Of a stretch of 64,000 nucleotides of DNA, positions 25,202 through 38,332 are shown in pieces; position 1 is the stretch's first letter; each line of letters opens with the position of its first letter. The DNA is from Lepidodermella squamata. Taxonomy: Eukaryota > Animalia > Gastrotricha. The stretch covers positions 1,674,001-1,738,000 of the forward strand of contig JBLDXI010000020.1 of the NCBI GenBank assembly GCA_047495785.1, written 5' to 3'. Made by a program: the position numbers and the translations under genes. The notes beneath the pieces were generated by a model, which ran no database searches, was not told the DNA's origin, and was given only the letters and a program-made list of their open reading frames with translations.

Positions 25202-26629
25202 TCACAGAACTCTAGCACGAATGCATGAAGATGCGTCAAATTTTTCAGTTGATTTGTAATCAGAAATAACAGTATCTAGAGATTCAACGGCCTCTGCAAT
25301 CTCACTTGGGTCCATTCCGACGCGTTCGTAGTGGTGAACGTAAGCTCTATGCGCATATAGCGACTGAAATCGCCCACGCATTTCCTGGAAAGACTTGACA
25401 ATTGCTGTTGAGTTACATAACGCAACAACGATAGACGGCGGCGGGCATGTTAACGGAGCTACTGAGCATAACCCAGTTTTCCAGGCATCCGGGTTCCAAG
25501 GTACGAATCTATTCTTCCGCGATAATCTCGCTACTCCAGCTCGAATATCAGAGGCCTCGATCGCCCCACGGCAAAGCAAGGCGTTAGCTAAATGATAACC
25601 TGATGAGTAAACATCAGGTGTCCCGAATAATTGATTACGCGCTGAGAAGGCCTCGTCGAAAAGCGGTTCAACTTTCACGGAGAAAGGTCCGTTAGCACCC
25701 GCCACGGGGGCTTGACTGCTCAATAAATACATCAGACGAGGAAACGGGACCATATTAGTGGCTACGTCGGACAAATCGAGATTTAGCGGCCCTTCAAACC
25801 TTGCGCATGCGGTTAAATTCAAAACTAGTTGAGCAATTATATCATTCATGAGATCAAATGGTTTCGAAGGCTTGGTAGCAGATGAAGGTCTGCGCTGTGA
25901 TGCAGCTCTCGCCGATGATGCACTTAGCACAGCATCTTTAGTCATGGGTTGCGTTATTTTATTCCGCTGAATCACTGAATACAGCGACTGGTTTGATTGC
26001 GGGAATACGCAAGTCGCATTATCAGTGAGATACCGCGTGGCAAGAACAGCATTGTAAGGCGACGTGACAACGTCATCGTCCTCACTTGGGTATATGGGAA
26101 GGGCGAAACGAAGGACATCGGGATATTCTTCGGCTACAATACTCATGGTATAGCTGCCAAGACCAGATCCAGTACCGCCACCCATTGAATGTAGAATGAA
26201 AAAGCTCTCAAGGCTATCGCAATCTTCCACAGCACGCCTGACGGCATTTTTTATTCTATCGCCATGGGACTTTCCGTATTCGTAGAAACCACAAGCCCAG
26301 TTGTTACCTGAGCCAGATACGTCGGTGACTAGCAGCCGAGAATCAAATATCTCAGCATATTTTCGCTCGCGGACTATCGAATTTATCACACCTTCCTCCA
26401 TATCGATTAATACAGCGCGAGCCTTCAAATCAACGCCATCTGACGAGAAGCATTTTCGCTTCGATGACCGCGAGAAGAATGAATTCAAAGTCGATGAACG
26501 AATAGATGAAGCTTTGGATTTGGACGGCTGAGAGCTGATAATCTTTGCTTCCTCAAAAGCCCATGCCCAAAATCGTGTGCCGACTTGATTGCCACATTGG
26601 CCAACTTGAATGAAGATTGATTCAGGCAT
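25202..26629 (-). CDS. TUBE1: Epsilon-tubulin, intronless
   Basis: QVGQCGNQ, ARAVLIDMEEGV, SGSGNNWA, GGGTGSG and epsilon-type EDDDVVTSPYN and WKTGLCSVAP. Confidence 0.95.
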   Translation of the reverse strand: MPESIFIQVGQCGNQVGTRFWAWAFEEAKIISSQPSKSKASSIRSSTLNSFFSRSSKRKCFSSDGVDLKARAVLIDMEEGVINSIVRERKYAEIFDSRLLVTDVSGSGNNWACGFYEYGKSHGDRIKNAVRRAVEDCDSLESFFILHSMGGGTGSGLGSYTMSIVAEEYPDVLRFALPIYPSEDDDVVTSPYNAVLATRYLTDNATCVFPQSNQSLYSVIQRNKITQPMTKDAVLSASSARAASQRRPSSATKPSKPFDLMNDIIAQLVLNLTACARFEGPLNLDLSDVATNMVPFPRLMYLLSSQAPVAGANGPFSVKVEPLFDEAFSARNQLFGTPDVYSSGYHLANALLCRGAIEASDIRAGVARLSRKNRFVPWNPDAWKTGLCSVAPLTCPPPSIVVALCNSTAIVKSFQEMRGRFQSLYAHRAYVHHYERVGMDPSEIAEAVESLDTVISDYKSTEKFDASSCIRARVL

Positions 26630-27757
26630 AAAATCTATAAAAATCTAGAGCTGGGAGAGAAAGGATCCAGTCAGAATTCGACATCTTATAGTTCATAACT
26701 ATGTTCAATTGTTTAGGATTGAATCAAAGGACTCGGGCCAGTGCTTGGCTAATGTCGCTCATGAAGCAAAATTAGGTAACTAATATTGCTAGAAAGCGTG
26801 ACATGTTCTGCGTTGCCTAGTTGCCCAGTTAAGAGTCAAGGAACGCTCAAGATCTTCTAGAGCTCGTTATCTATCGCGGAGGAAACAGGAAGGATACCGC
26901 GAGATGCCGCTCGCGTAAACTCTAGTAATGGTTTATTAATAGTTTAAAACCAAAATTATAGCTTCAATACTCGTAGTAACCCAGAAACCAGCGCTTAGAT
27001 ATTCATACCTTCTTTTCCAGGGATTAGCACACGTAGCTTTTTCGGCTTGAACTCTGTCTCTGTCTGATAAATAGGCTGCTCGAAAGAAGGAATTCTAAGT
27101 ATTAATCAGCTTACCTACCAATCAACGACTTACTTTGGCTCCGGATTCCGAAACAACCCGATAAAGTAGACGCATCGAGAGGGCGAGATGACGCGCGAAG
27201 ACCACTCTTCATCGAAAGTCCTCCGGATGAGGCCTGAAAATGAAAACACCCCATCGTTTTCAAAAGCCCCGCCATATCAAATAAAAAATAAATATATTTA
27301 TTTGGGGTTTACAATCAGATGTCTCAATCAGGCTCACTTGTTTCCAAGGACTGATGGCGATTGGCGACCTTCAACTCAAGCTGAACAGCTTTTTCATTTT
27401 TGTTGCAGGAACGAATCGGGTACGAATCGCGAGCAGCAGACTACGACTTTCGATGTATTTTTCTGTTGAAGTCTGAAGTCCTGTTGTAATATCTCCTCGA
27501 TTGAACAAATGTGTCTTTAGTTTTACTACATTCCTCACCTTTATGAAGCCTGAATGACTTAACTTTCGTCTTAACTCATCTGCTATTCATTCATTCAAGC
27601 AAACTGCAGCGGACAATCCTGACTAGTGTTTGAAGATTTTCCGCTTTACATTAGCTTTGCGCTTGATCTTTAAATATAGCGAAACCTCTAACGCTTTGCC
27701 CGCATTTAATCATGCAAACGCCATTATCTAATTTAGGCCTTACCTGTTTGGAGCCTC

Positions 27758-30077
27758 ATGCGCCGAGCTGATAAATCTGGAGCTTCTAATGATGCTAGGG
27801 AAGCCGCTGCTCGCCGAAATCTGAAATCTCCAGTTGCTGAAGATTTAGATTCTTCAACAGCTGCGACATCACGGTCGTCTACTAGTTCCCAGTCTTCACG
27901 AAGCGATAGGAACATCGGAGGCGCATCCTCTTCCCCTGCTGTGAGTGAGGCATCTGCGAGCATTATGTTTCCGCCGCTGGTTCTGGAGAAACAAGCTGGG
28001 CAGCCGATAAAGGCAAATTTATCCCAGCCTTCTGCTTCTTCCTCTGTAATAAGCAATGAACTTTTGGGCCAATTACATTCGTTCTACAAACAGGATCAAT
28101 TTACCGATATGGAAATACACATTCAAGGCAAAACGATTCGAGCTCATCGCGTGGTATTGGCGGCAGCCTCCGACTACTTCAAGGCTATGTTTTCTCTAAA
28201 CATGTCAGAAAAGACAAATGGGCAAGTCAATTTACACGACTTGGACCCGGCAGCTGTGCAAACACTTGTTGATTTCGCTTACACATTCGAGTTGAAGCCT
28301 GCACTGTCTGTTGAGACAGTTCAGCCTTTGCTATACGCTGCTTCAATTTTGCAATTCAGCAAAGTTCTTCACCTTTGCTCTGAATTTATTGAAAATAACC
28401 TGGATCCGAAACACGCTCTTTCTATTTTACCGATCGCTTCTCATTTTGGTCTCAGCGAGTTGCTGACAAAAACTCGGAATTATGTTGCTCGGAACTTTCA
28501 CGCCACTGTTTTGAATGGAGCTGAGACTTTCGAAGAAGTCACTGAGCTTTCTGAAGATGTTATCGCAATGAGCGAATCAGATCTGACGGAAATATTCTGC
28601 GACAAAGAGCTTGTGATTAGGAGTGAATCTGTCTTATTGGACGTCCTGCTTAAGTGGGCTGAATACAACCCTCTGGACGAAGATAGCAACGAACCGAATC
28701 CCAGACACGATGCAGCTAGAATGATCATCAAAGATTGCATGAAAGTAGCCTATCTGCCGGCTGCTAGCTTATATCGATTGCTGAGGCAGGAACCGATTAC
28801 AATGGACGCTAGTGCTGAATTGCGTGATAAAATTCAAGATGCACTGATTTGCCAACTCAGTTTGCTGGATGATCGGAACGCTGCCACTCTCATTGGCCAA
28901 AGCAAACTTCAGGAGCTTCGCACGCCAAGGCGCTGCGGTTCAGGCGCTCTGGTTTGCGTCGGTGGTCGTCAGGCGTCATCAGAACCTTTCCGTTCTGCTG
29001 AAGTTTATGATTTCACCTTTGATAAGTGGCTTCGTATCCCAGATTTGAATCAACGCCGAAGGCACGTTGGCGTTGCTGTCGGCACCAAGCAGGGCAAACG
29101 TGGTCTTTATGCTGTTGGAGGGCATGATGGTACCAGACATTTAGATACTGTTGAAGTTCTTCCACTGGAACCAGGCCAAAAGTGGAGACCTGTTGCTAGT
29201 TTGAGAACCCTCAGACGAGGCCTTGCAGTGACTTCTGTTCAAGTCAGTGACTCGCAGAACTTGCTTTTCGCCATAGGAGGCCTGGACGACCAATCTTGTT
29301 TCCCCCATGTCGAGATTTATGACCCAGAAGCGGACGTCTGGACTTTCGGGCCTCAAATGAGTGCAAGTCGCGGTGGTGTAGCTGCAGCCGCTATTCAAAC
29401 TAGGGTTTACGCAGTAGGTGGGAATGACGGGTCTTACAGCGTTGATAGCGGCGAAGTTCTTGACCCTGTTGCTGGTCGATGGACCCCCATTGCTCGAATG
29501 AGACATCGGCGGGCTGGAGCGGGTTTGTCAGTTCTAAATTCTTGCTTATGGGTGGCAGGAGGATTCGACGAGAATATCCCCCTGAATGCTGTTGAATTCT
29601 ACGACCCCAGGCTCAATGCTTGGCAAAAGGGACCAAATATGCGAACGGCGCGGGGCGGAGTCGGATTAGCGACTATGGGAAATTATTTGTTTGCAGTCGG
29701 GGGCCATGATGGCACGGATTACTTGGCAAGTGTCGAATGTTTCGATCCTCGCATGTTTGTTTCGAGCATCGGCGCTGCAGTCACGCCAATATCTCCAGGT
29801 GGAACGCCAGGATCTGCCTACAATGCCGGTTTATCTACTTCATCACCCGCGACGGCAATTGCACCCGGTTCATCTCTCGAATGGGAATATGTTGCGCCGG
29901 TTTGTGAAATCTTATTTTAATTCAATTTTCTTTTAATTGAAAACTGTTTTACAGCTTGGAAGTGGCAGAGCTGGCGCCGGACTTGTCCACATTGCCGATG
30001 TTATACCCTCGGTGGATTTACCAATAATCGGTGGCTACTCAGCGACAGCGAATCGATCGGTTGCTGACTGTGTCTAA
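27758..30077 (+). CDS. KLHL8: Kelch-like protein 8 (BTB-BACK-6 Kelch); exons 27758-29899 and 29955-30077
   Basis: BTB (HRVVLAAASDYFKAMF); Kelch motifs EPFRS, RRRHVGV, GGLDDQSCF and GGFDENIPL match KLHL8; ends VADCV. Confidence 0.88.
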
Positions 30078-30506
30078 TTTTCATGTAACTAATTATTGAA
30101 ATTACGATTTATGCGGGTCTCTACAGGTCTTTAATACTATTTTCAACGAACCTGAGCATTGTTGTTACATTGTTGTTGTTGCATGCTTGAATTTGACATT
30201 TCTTCTCAATAGCTTCGTATTTGACGATGGCAATTTGTGAAATATCCATCTTGTATCTGCAATAAAGTTTTATCTTTTATCCGTGCACTGAAATAGTTTT
30301 TTGTTGTTGGAGTCATTTAGCGTAGAAGTCCAACGAATACAGTTTCATTCATCGTCGTTTACCGTCGTTGTGAATGGGGGAGCAGGTCAATAGATTCCAA
30401 AATCTGTCGCATTGGATACATCGCTATTCAGTATCAGTTCACTCAATTTATTCCTCAAGCAAAAAGTATAATTTAGCTGCTATAATCGTTTTTAATCCAT
30501 TTTAAG

Positions 30507-31753
30507 ATGGCTAGCAAAGCCAATGGAAACTATCATTCGGTGGATATTTTGCCGCCATTGACGGAGCTCGGCCAATCAGGAGAACTTATAGTCACTGATC
30601 GCGATTTCAACTTGGGCACTAGGCCAATTTATGGCTCTCTAACGATTATCGAGCCAATGGCACCGCCTCCTAAGGACACACAACCGTACGAGCTGAAAGT
30701 GGGAAATCCAGGCCTGAAAGACCGTGTCTCGTTTGCTGTCGAAAAGTTGAACCCGGACGGCGCGGCTAATATCGGCAATGTCTCCGTTAGGAATAACAGC
30801 GAGGGCTTATATGAAAACCCGCTCACTCAGCGACTCGCGAGAACAGCGCCGCTGTCTATTGATGCGTTCGAGCAGATTGTTGACGAAGTTTTGCGGCAAA
30901 CTGGAACTGATATTTACGCTAAAGCTGAGACTTCGGAAGCATTTGCTAGGGCTGAAGCCGAATTCAAGCAAAAGCAAGCCAAGGACAAACGAAACGAAGG
31001 CATAGCCAACTTGATGCTACCGGATGACCATTCAGACTACCTTCGTAACAGGCCAGGTGATCCCTTGGGGTTCGCTATAGAATCATACATGGCTGATGAT
31101 ACCCGACACTTTGCACCCATGGAAAGCGTTGACGATCTCGTCGATTTTTACGTGAACGGCCGGAACCCGGATATAAGAGCTCATCACGAGGAAAGATTTC
31201 GAATGACCGTAAATGGCGAGAGCCCAACTGTGCCGTTTATCGATACCAGAGTGAAAGAAGGAATAAATAATATGTGCCTGACATGCAAGACAGAAAATCA
31301 CGTCCCGGACTGGTGCGATTGCTGCAAGGAAAGAAACGTAGAAAATTCCGAGAAGCTGAAGTCTTTACCAAAGCAACCTAACATGCCTGCATCTTTCGAT
31401 GCATTCCACGTCTGCAGTCCGAACAATCCTGATTGTACTCGAATTTGCAAACTCAGCGAGAAAACAGTAAATTCACTACCCTTAGTCAAATTATATTTAT
31501 TTTATTGAAATTTCCGAATTTACAGAGAAAACATTATGCAAACGCGAGGTTGATGGGTGCTTCCTATAGCACTGGAGAGATGGACGATGAATTTTGGATG
31601 CAACGTTACAAAAATTCTATGTCAAATTTGGACCAAGGCATAGCGCAGTTACAAGATGAGGTGGAAGAGTCAAAAATTGCAAGCATTCGATCTCAAAAGC
31701 ACGTGTCACTTTACAAGATAAACGACACTAGGCACCAATCGTTTTATTTTTGA
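30507..31753 (+). CDS. Hypothetical protein (about 395 aa) with Cys clusters; exons 30507-31466 and 31526-31753
   Basis: Long ORF, in-frame 59-nt GT-AG intron and AATAAA at about 31772 after the stop; no family recognised. Confidence 0.65.
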
Positions 31754-34123
31754 TATAACCCTATGCATTGTAATAAATAAAGGTGACTTGGAATTCTGAA
31801 TACACACTACGCGCAAAATGTGCCTTTTCGGAACTGTGAAACTGTTACGGCAATTATTCACGATAAAAGTTCTCATGCCCAGAAAGAATGTTAAAAAAAT
31901 TCCACAAGCCATGAGAAATGAGAATGGTAATCAAGTTGTCAATGGGATAAAAATCCGGGGAAATTTGGTACAACATGGTAAAATACTGAAAAAACCGAAC
32001 AAATTATCGGTGTAATATAACATAATACTTTCATTATTCGTCAGCAGGCACGAACGTATGCTCTTCGTCTTGATCTTTGTTTTGATTTATTTCTGTCCGC
32101 AAAGGTAATATTTCCGCAAAGGTTTTTCAGTAAATTTTCGGGAAATTTTGAAGCTTCTAATAAGGAAAGCGTTAAATTGCAGGTTTGCTTCCGGGAAGAT
32201 CTGCAGATTCTGGACTTGTGCACCCGACTATCACTGTATTAGTGCTATGAGCTATCACATCATGCCAATTTGAAAGGAGCCAAAATCCAAATTTGCCATC
32301 GAAATAAGTATCAGCGGCATGAAAGACGCGCTTCACTTTGAAAAGGTTGTGTTTATTTATTTGAAAGCTCATACGCCCAAGAGAGGGCAGCTTGACAATG
32401 TTAAGGAAAACAACATATAATTGCAGGACAAGTTCAGATTATAGGACAGGAAAGGTGTAGTAGGAGAAAACAAAGTTATAGATCAGACACTCGATCAATT
32501 ATGTGTCTGATCTATAATTCCATAATCTTTGAAAGAGGTATAGGACTTCAATGACATTTATCATATCATTTTACGTTAAACGGTTGACTTCAGCGGAAGG
32601 AAAATGGGATAGAAACATCGCCTCGCAAAACCTTAGCCGCACGATGCATGGCGCATGGCGCGATATAGATGTAAGGGATCGATCGCGTGAGCTTCATAGC
32701 AAGTTGCCAGGGACGCCGCGCCAATAATCAAAAAATAGTCCTGACATAAATTACCAGCACAATAATTCAGAAAATTGAAGTCAAAATAATACTGCATATT
32801 TTAGTAGAATATTTTGAATTTTGAATTTGTATGCAAACATCTTCTCTGTCTGGGCTGCAGTCTTGCTTTTGAACCTTGTTTTCGGTTGTTGGGGTGAAGA
32901 GTAACGAACGCACAAGCGTTGTGTTTCACATCTTTGAACTCTTCAACTAGCTTTGATCTTTGGCTATTACTATCTTTTATATTTACTCGGCGATTCTGCT
33001 TCGTTAAAAGCTTCTTTGTCAGCGTGTTAAAGTGACGTTCGATCACCAACATCTAAATTTTTAAACCGTTCATCAGCATGATGCAATTATGAAACGTAGT
33101 TCACGATGGATGATTAAATTTTAGCTCTACTTGTTGTAATATCCAGGGTGGCGTTGGGGTCTGCCAGCGAGGATTAATCATTTATGCTACTTAACAACTG
33201 ATGAGTCATTATGCATTCGACTCCGGTGGTCTGTCCCTGTGGTGTCGATTTGAAAAATTCGAGGGCGCATAAGACGCTTCTTCAGAAAAAACTGCGCCTT
33301 AGAAGCATCTCTGGGTGCCTTAGCAAATGAAATATTTTCAGCTCATGCCTGAATCAGGGCTGTGGGCGCCATCGCTGTTAGATTTAAATTGGCGGTGTGC
33401 TACTACCACTAGCTGCCCCGTATCGTCGCCACATGTCTGGTGTCTGGAGTCTGGAATGCCGAGTTCCAATTATTCCTAGGTGCACGATGTCTTATCCGAT
33501 CAACTCAGAGAAATCGGCAACGGAATATTACATGGAACTTTCGACTCTTTCTGTCGTTTTTTGTTCAATTCCTATTTTGTCTCATATTCTAGGGCTCTTA
33601 GTCTGTAAGCTTTAGATCAGCGGTTTACTCTATCCTGCCGATCGAACTGGAATTGCAATCGTCTAGAATCAGCGCCTGCATCAAATAGAGCAGCGCGGGA
33701 TTCGTAGTCCCGACATCGTTTTCAAATATTGTATGCGTATCGCCTTTTTGGTATGCTGAAATACATGTGGACCTGTGATGTTTTATAATTACTTCTGCTT
33801 TAAGGCTCGCCACCTCCAAACTCCACTGCAGTTTATGGGCAAGATCTTTCACAGCTTCGAATACACAAGGGCTCAGCACTCGGTCGCCGTACATTTTTAG
33901 TTGGTGTATTTGGCTTTTCTGCGTGACTTCAAAGAAATCGGCATTGTGTCGTCGTGTCGTTTCCGATCGCTAAATTTTCTGATTCAACTGCTGCCCGTTT
34001 TCTTAAACGCAATTTAAGAAAAAGAGCTGATTTTCCTGTTGTGCTTGGATACTTCGTTTACCCGCTAAAGGATCATTTCGATATTTTTCTACAATCTGAC
34101 AAATCAAACAGTTGTTTTATTGT

Positions 34124-35399
34124 ATGGCCAAGATGTCTAACCCGAACCCAGTGCGTATACAGTTTGTCCGGCACAATTTCTCGGAAATTCAGTACAAGAA
34201 TTTGCGATTCCTCATTACGGATCGGCCGACGGACGCTAATATGGAGCAATATATTGCCGAATTAAGAAAGTTCAATTGCAAGGTTGTCGTTCGAGTTTGC
34301 GAACCAACCTACAAAACAGATAAACTTGCAGAAAATAACATCACCGTCTTGGTTTGTTGATTTAGCAGGAAAATTTAGCGGTCTACATTTTTTGTTCCTC
34401 TTTTAGGACTGGCAGTTTCCGGACGGCCACGGTCCTCCGGCGCACATCGTGGATAATTGGTTTAACCTACTGCAAGAAACATTCTACAAACGACAGAATG
34501 CTGCTGCGCCGACAAATAATGTCCCTTCTCCTGCTGCAACTGCTAATGCTGCTGCTACCCCTTCCTCGGCGACGAGCGTTGACTCTTCGCCCGTTAACAA
34601 CAATAACAATAACATTTCTGCTGTGGGATCGCATGACGCGTCTAACGCTAGTGCCAATCAGAACAGCAGTGTGACATACTCCACTGGACTTCATGGAGAC
34701 TCGCAGTCGGTTTCTGGTGCTGCGTCGTCTGTTCGTCCTCCCTCTTCTGTAAGCTTAATTTCCCGATTCATTCAAAATTCTGTGCTTTACTGATAAAGTG
34801 GCAAAAACTTATCACCCATTTATAGCAAAATAATCGGTCATTTTTGGTTCAAAGTGCGTCGTTTCAATTGCTGATAATAGTTGTCTCTAACACTTCAGTT
34901 GAGAGACAGTGGCTTTAATTGATAAGAATTTTTTAACCACAAAGGAGCGTCACTTAGATTCAATTGACATATTTTTCGCCAAAATTTATCAATGCAAATC
35001 TTGGGCTATTGATTTTTTAAATTGATTAAAATTATTGATGTCGGTCAAATTTTTATGTGATTTTTTGTTAATTTGTAGCCTCAGTCGCACAGTCCATGCG
35101 TGGCGGTTCATTGCGTCGCCGGTCTCGGCCGCGCCCCGGTTCTCGTCGCCATCGCTCTCATGGAACGCGGCATGAAGTACGAGGACGCGGTCGACTTGAT
35201 CCGACAGCGGCGTCAAGGTGCCCTTAATATGAAGCAGCTGGAGTACCTGCGACAGTACAAGCGCGGCAAGCGCCTGCCTCGTGTGCCTACCGGCGTCTCG
35301 CACTCGGGCAGCGGATCGAGCAACGTCAGCTCTGGCGGTCTCATTCACAGCAACGGCGTTGGCGGCTCGGACGGCGACAAGCAATGCAACATCCTCTGA
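34124..35399 (+). CDS. PTP4A1: PRL/PTP4A prenylated phosphatase; exons 34124-34351, 34407-34748, 35079-35399
   Basis: [34 protein letters not shown] and C-terminal CaaX CNIL. Confidence 0.93.
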
Positions 35400-38332
35400 C
35401 TATATGATAATAGTGATTATGAAAATGATGAATTAAGGCCGTTGCGAGAGCTAATTAACACCGCAAGTCTAGAAATAATTTCTTCTGTAGTTCTGCTAAA
35501 TAAAAGTCCCAAGTGCTTTGACGCCACGCTTGATACCGCTGCAACAAATTATCTGTGTTCTTCAACTCCTGCCGATGCATTTCGGGCTGGGAAGTTGCCG
35601 ACATTAAATCCGCGCTTGTACAACTACTAATAAGATTCCCATCGTCACTCTTTCCACAAACAGACAGAAAAATGGACTCATCTTCTTACAGTAAAACGTT
35701 GATTGATCACTTGAAATGCGCGGCCGTGACACGTCTTTCTAATGTTGTGTATTTTTAAACTTGAAAGTTTTAATAACTGAAAATCATACGCGTTTAGTTC
35801 GATTAAAGTAAAAATGTTAACTGACTACTAACTTGACAATATTATTCTGTGTCACGGTCGCGTCTCTGTGCCAAGTTATCATATATGAATATTATATATT
35901 ATATAAATAGTCACTCTAGCCGGTTTTTCATCTCTCCTCATCGCCGACTCCGTTATGTTTCTTTTCGCTCGTGTTGCGTGCAATCATAAAAAAAACTGAA
36001 TCAGCTTGTCATTTCTTGCCCAAAAATGAACTCGTCGACCACTCTGTTGGACCAACGCTCTCTTAATTAATTATAGGATGCCGCCTTCCTCGGACATGCT
36101 CTCTCTCATCTTCCCTCGCGAGATTTTCAACTGTATGTATAAGAAACAACCACCAACAATGGCGAAAATATTAGGCACTTGACTTGCTCACATTGTTGTT
36201 GTTGTTTTCTATTGTTGGTTGGGGGATTTCGCTGTCGAAAATCATCATCATAGGCCTGAACTCGTTCTGAGCCGTTTTTCTCGCTCCTAATTGGCCGCGC
36301 TGCCTTTGCGAATGCCCACACACATACCACACACGAAACAATAGTGGTAGTAATACCTTGCAAAGGCCGAAGAAAAAAAACGCGCGCGCTGCTGTCAATT
36401 CTATAGCCGCCGCCGCGTTTTATCTATGCCGCCGTAGTTCATCATCAGCGTGTGTGTGCGCGCACTACAACTACCAACTCCGCCATATTAAATGCATACT
36501 ACCTAATAGTCGGTATCACGTTCTAGCTAGGCGAAAAAAACGCCGACGAGGTGCCTGGCTGAAATACTGTGGCTAAGCTCAATTGGCCATTTTTTTCTGT
36601 CAACACTCGTTTTTTGGCACCAGACTCGATGATGATGATGATGATGGAAGTGAAAGAAAATCATTCTTCCGTCGCGTTAAGTTTACGCTCAATTAAATTC
36701 TTCGTTAGTTTTGAGACGCGCGTTGGTCCGCGCTGCAACAACACGAGCTGATTGAAACATCGTATATATAATTTTTAAGGAGGATGACAAAAAAAATTGA
36801 CCATGTTGTTTACACTTGCTGTTATTACTATTAACAACTCTATATAATATTAAAACTAGTAATCATTATTATATTCTTCGGATAAAACGACTTTTTTGAT
36901 CCGTTTTTTGAGAACAACTCTTTGCTTCAAAAAAAAATCGCTTAGCTACGCTTAGAATTGAAGGTTTTTCTCTCACATCTTTCTTCGCTCTCTCTCTATC
37001 TGGTCCAATTGATCATCGTCTTGTAAATGTGCATGTGTTTTATCTAGCTGTAAACGTGCGACCTATAACGATTCGGAGGACGATTGAGGGGAAAAGCTAC
37101 TCTTCTTCAACTTCAGAAAACAAAAATCAGCTTGCTGCGCTAGAAAGTGAAAAATTATTCACTAATAGAGAAACACTCTGAAAATGATAATTATTACACA
37201 TCGTTATTATTACTATTCTATACATGCGTGTTTCTTATTGGCGATCATTTTTTTGATTAAATGACGACTTTTTCGCGCGAGACGAGAGACACGCCTGCCT
37301 CATCGAGAGCCCGTTCCACTTAATGAAAGGCGGAAAATCTATTCATCACCTGTCCAGGTTTTCCGCCGCTCCTACTTCTGCCACCGTTTTTTCTCTTCTC
37401 CAGGCTTTTCTTACTCCTATTCGCTTGATTCGAATCGGCGGTGGCGAGCAACCTTATTGTATTCTTCACTCCAATTATCGTCTCAGTTATTTGGTTATTG
37501 ATGATGATGATGGTACAAAAAATAGTTTGCACTAATTTGGTAGAAGAATAACAAACAAAAAAGCTCAGCTTTGTTTCCGTATATGAAAAAAAAAATATAT
37601 ATATATATACAGCCTCGATTATTATTGAAACTATTAACAATACTGCTATTTAATTCAAAACGTCTTTTTCTGTGTCTAATAATAAAAATGGAAAAATACG
37701 CGTACGCGCAAATCGCACTCTTCTTCAATCCACCATAAAAAATATGAAAAAAGTTGGTTGAATGACGAAATTTCATCGAAAAAATTGAATCCTGTTTTTT
37801 TTGTTCCCTGTCTACGATCAATTTTCAGTTCACTTTTTCAACATCACTGTCACGCAATTTTTTTGCAGATGGCGCCGCATTTTCTTTGCTCTTATTTTTC
37901 ACTCTGTCTAGCATTTGTTGCATTGTTTATGAGTCGGAAAAGCTATTGAGAAGGGAATTTGCGAGAAATAACACAAAACAGTATAAAATAAGTGGCGAAG
38001 TTAACTGGGACGAAACCGATTTTATAGTCACATCCAGCTTAATTTTTTCTGAACGAAATCTGACACCTGGTTCGCTCTCGTCATTTCCGCTGTCAAAAAC
38101 CGTGAAGAATAGGCGGTCTCACTCTCTCTCTATTTCTCTCGCGTGTGTTGAAAATATTCTATATATATTATTATTATTAATGATGGAAATAAATTTAGTA
38201 ATAATATTATTCTAGGTCCCGCGCGATATGATGATGATGCGATGTGATGGCTGAAAAAAATGAAAATGGAAAACAATAAAAATGAACTGAAAAAGGGGTA
38301 TTTATGCCACTGTCTTAATCGATTTTTAGGTG

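Noticed and set aside
35442-38215. Many short ORFs downstream of PRL
   Set aside because: Low-complexity AT-rich sequence without coherent exon structure; better read as 3' UTR.
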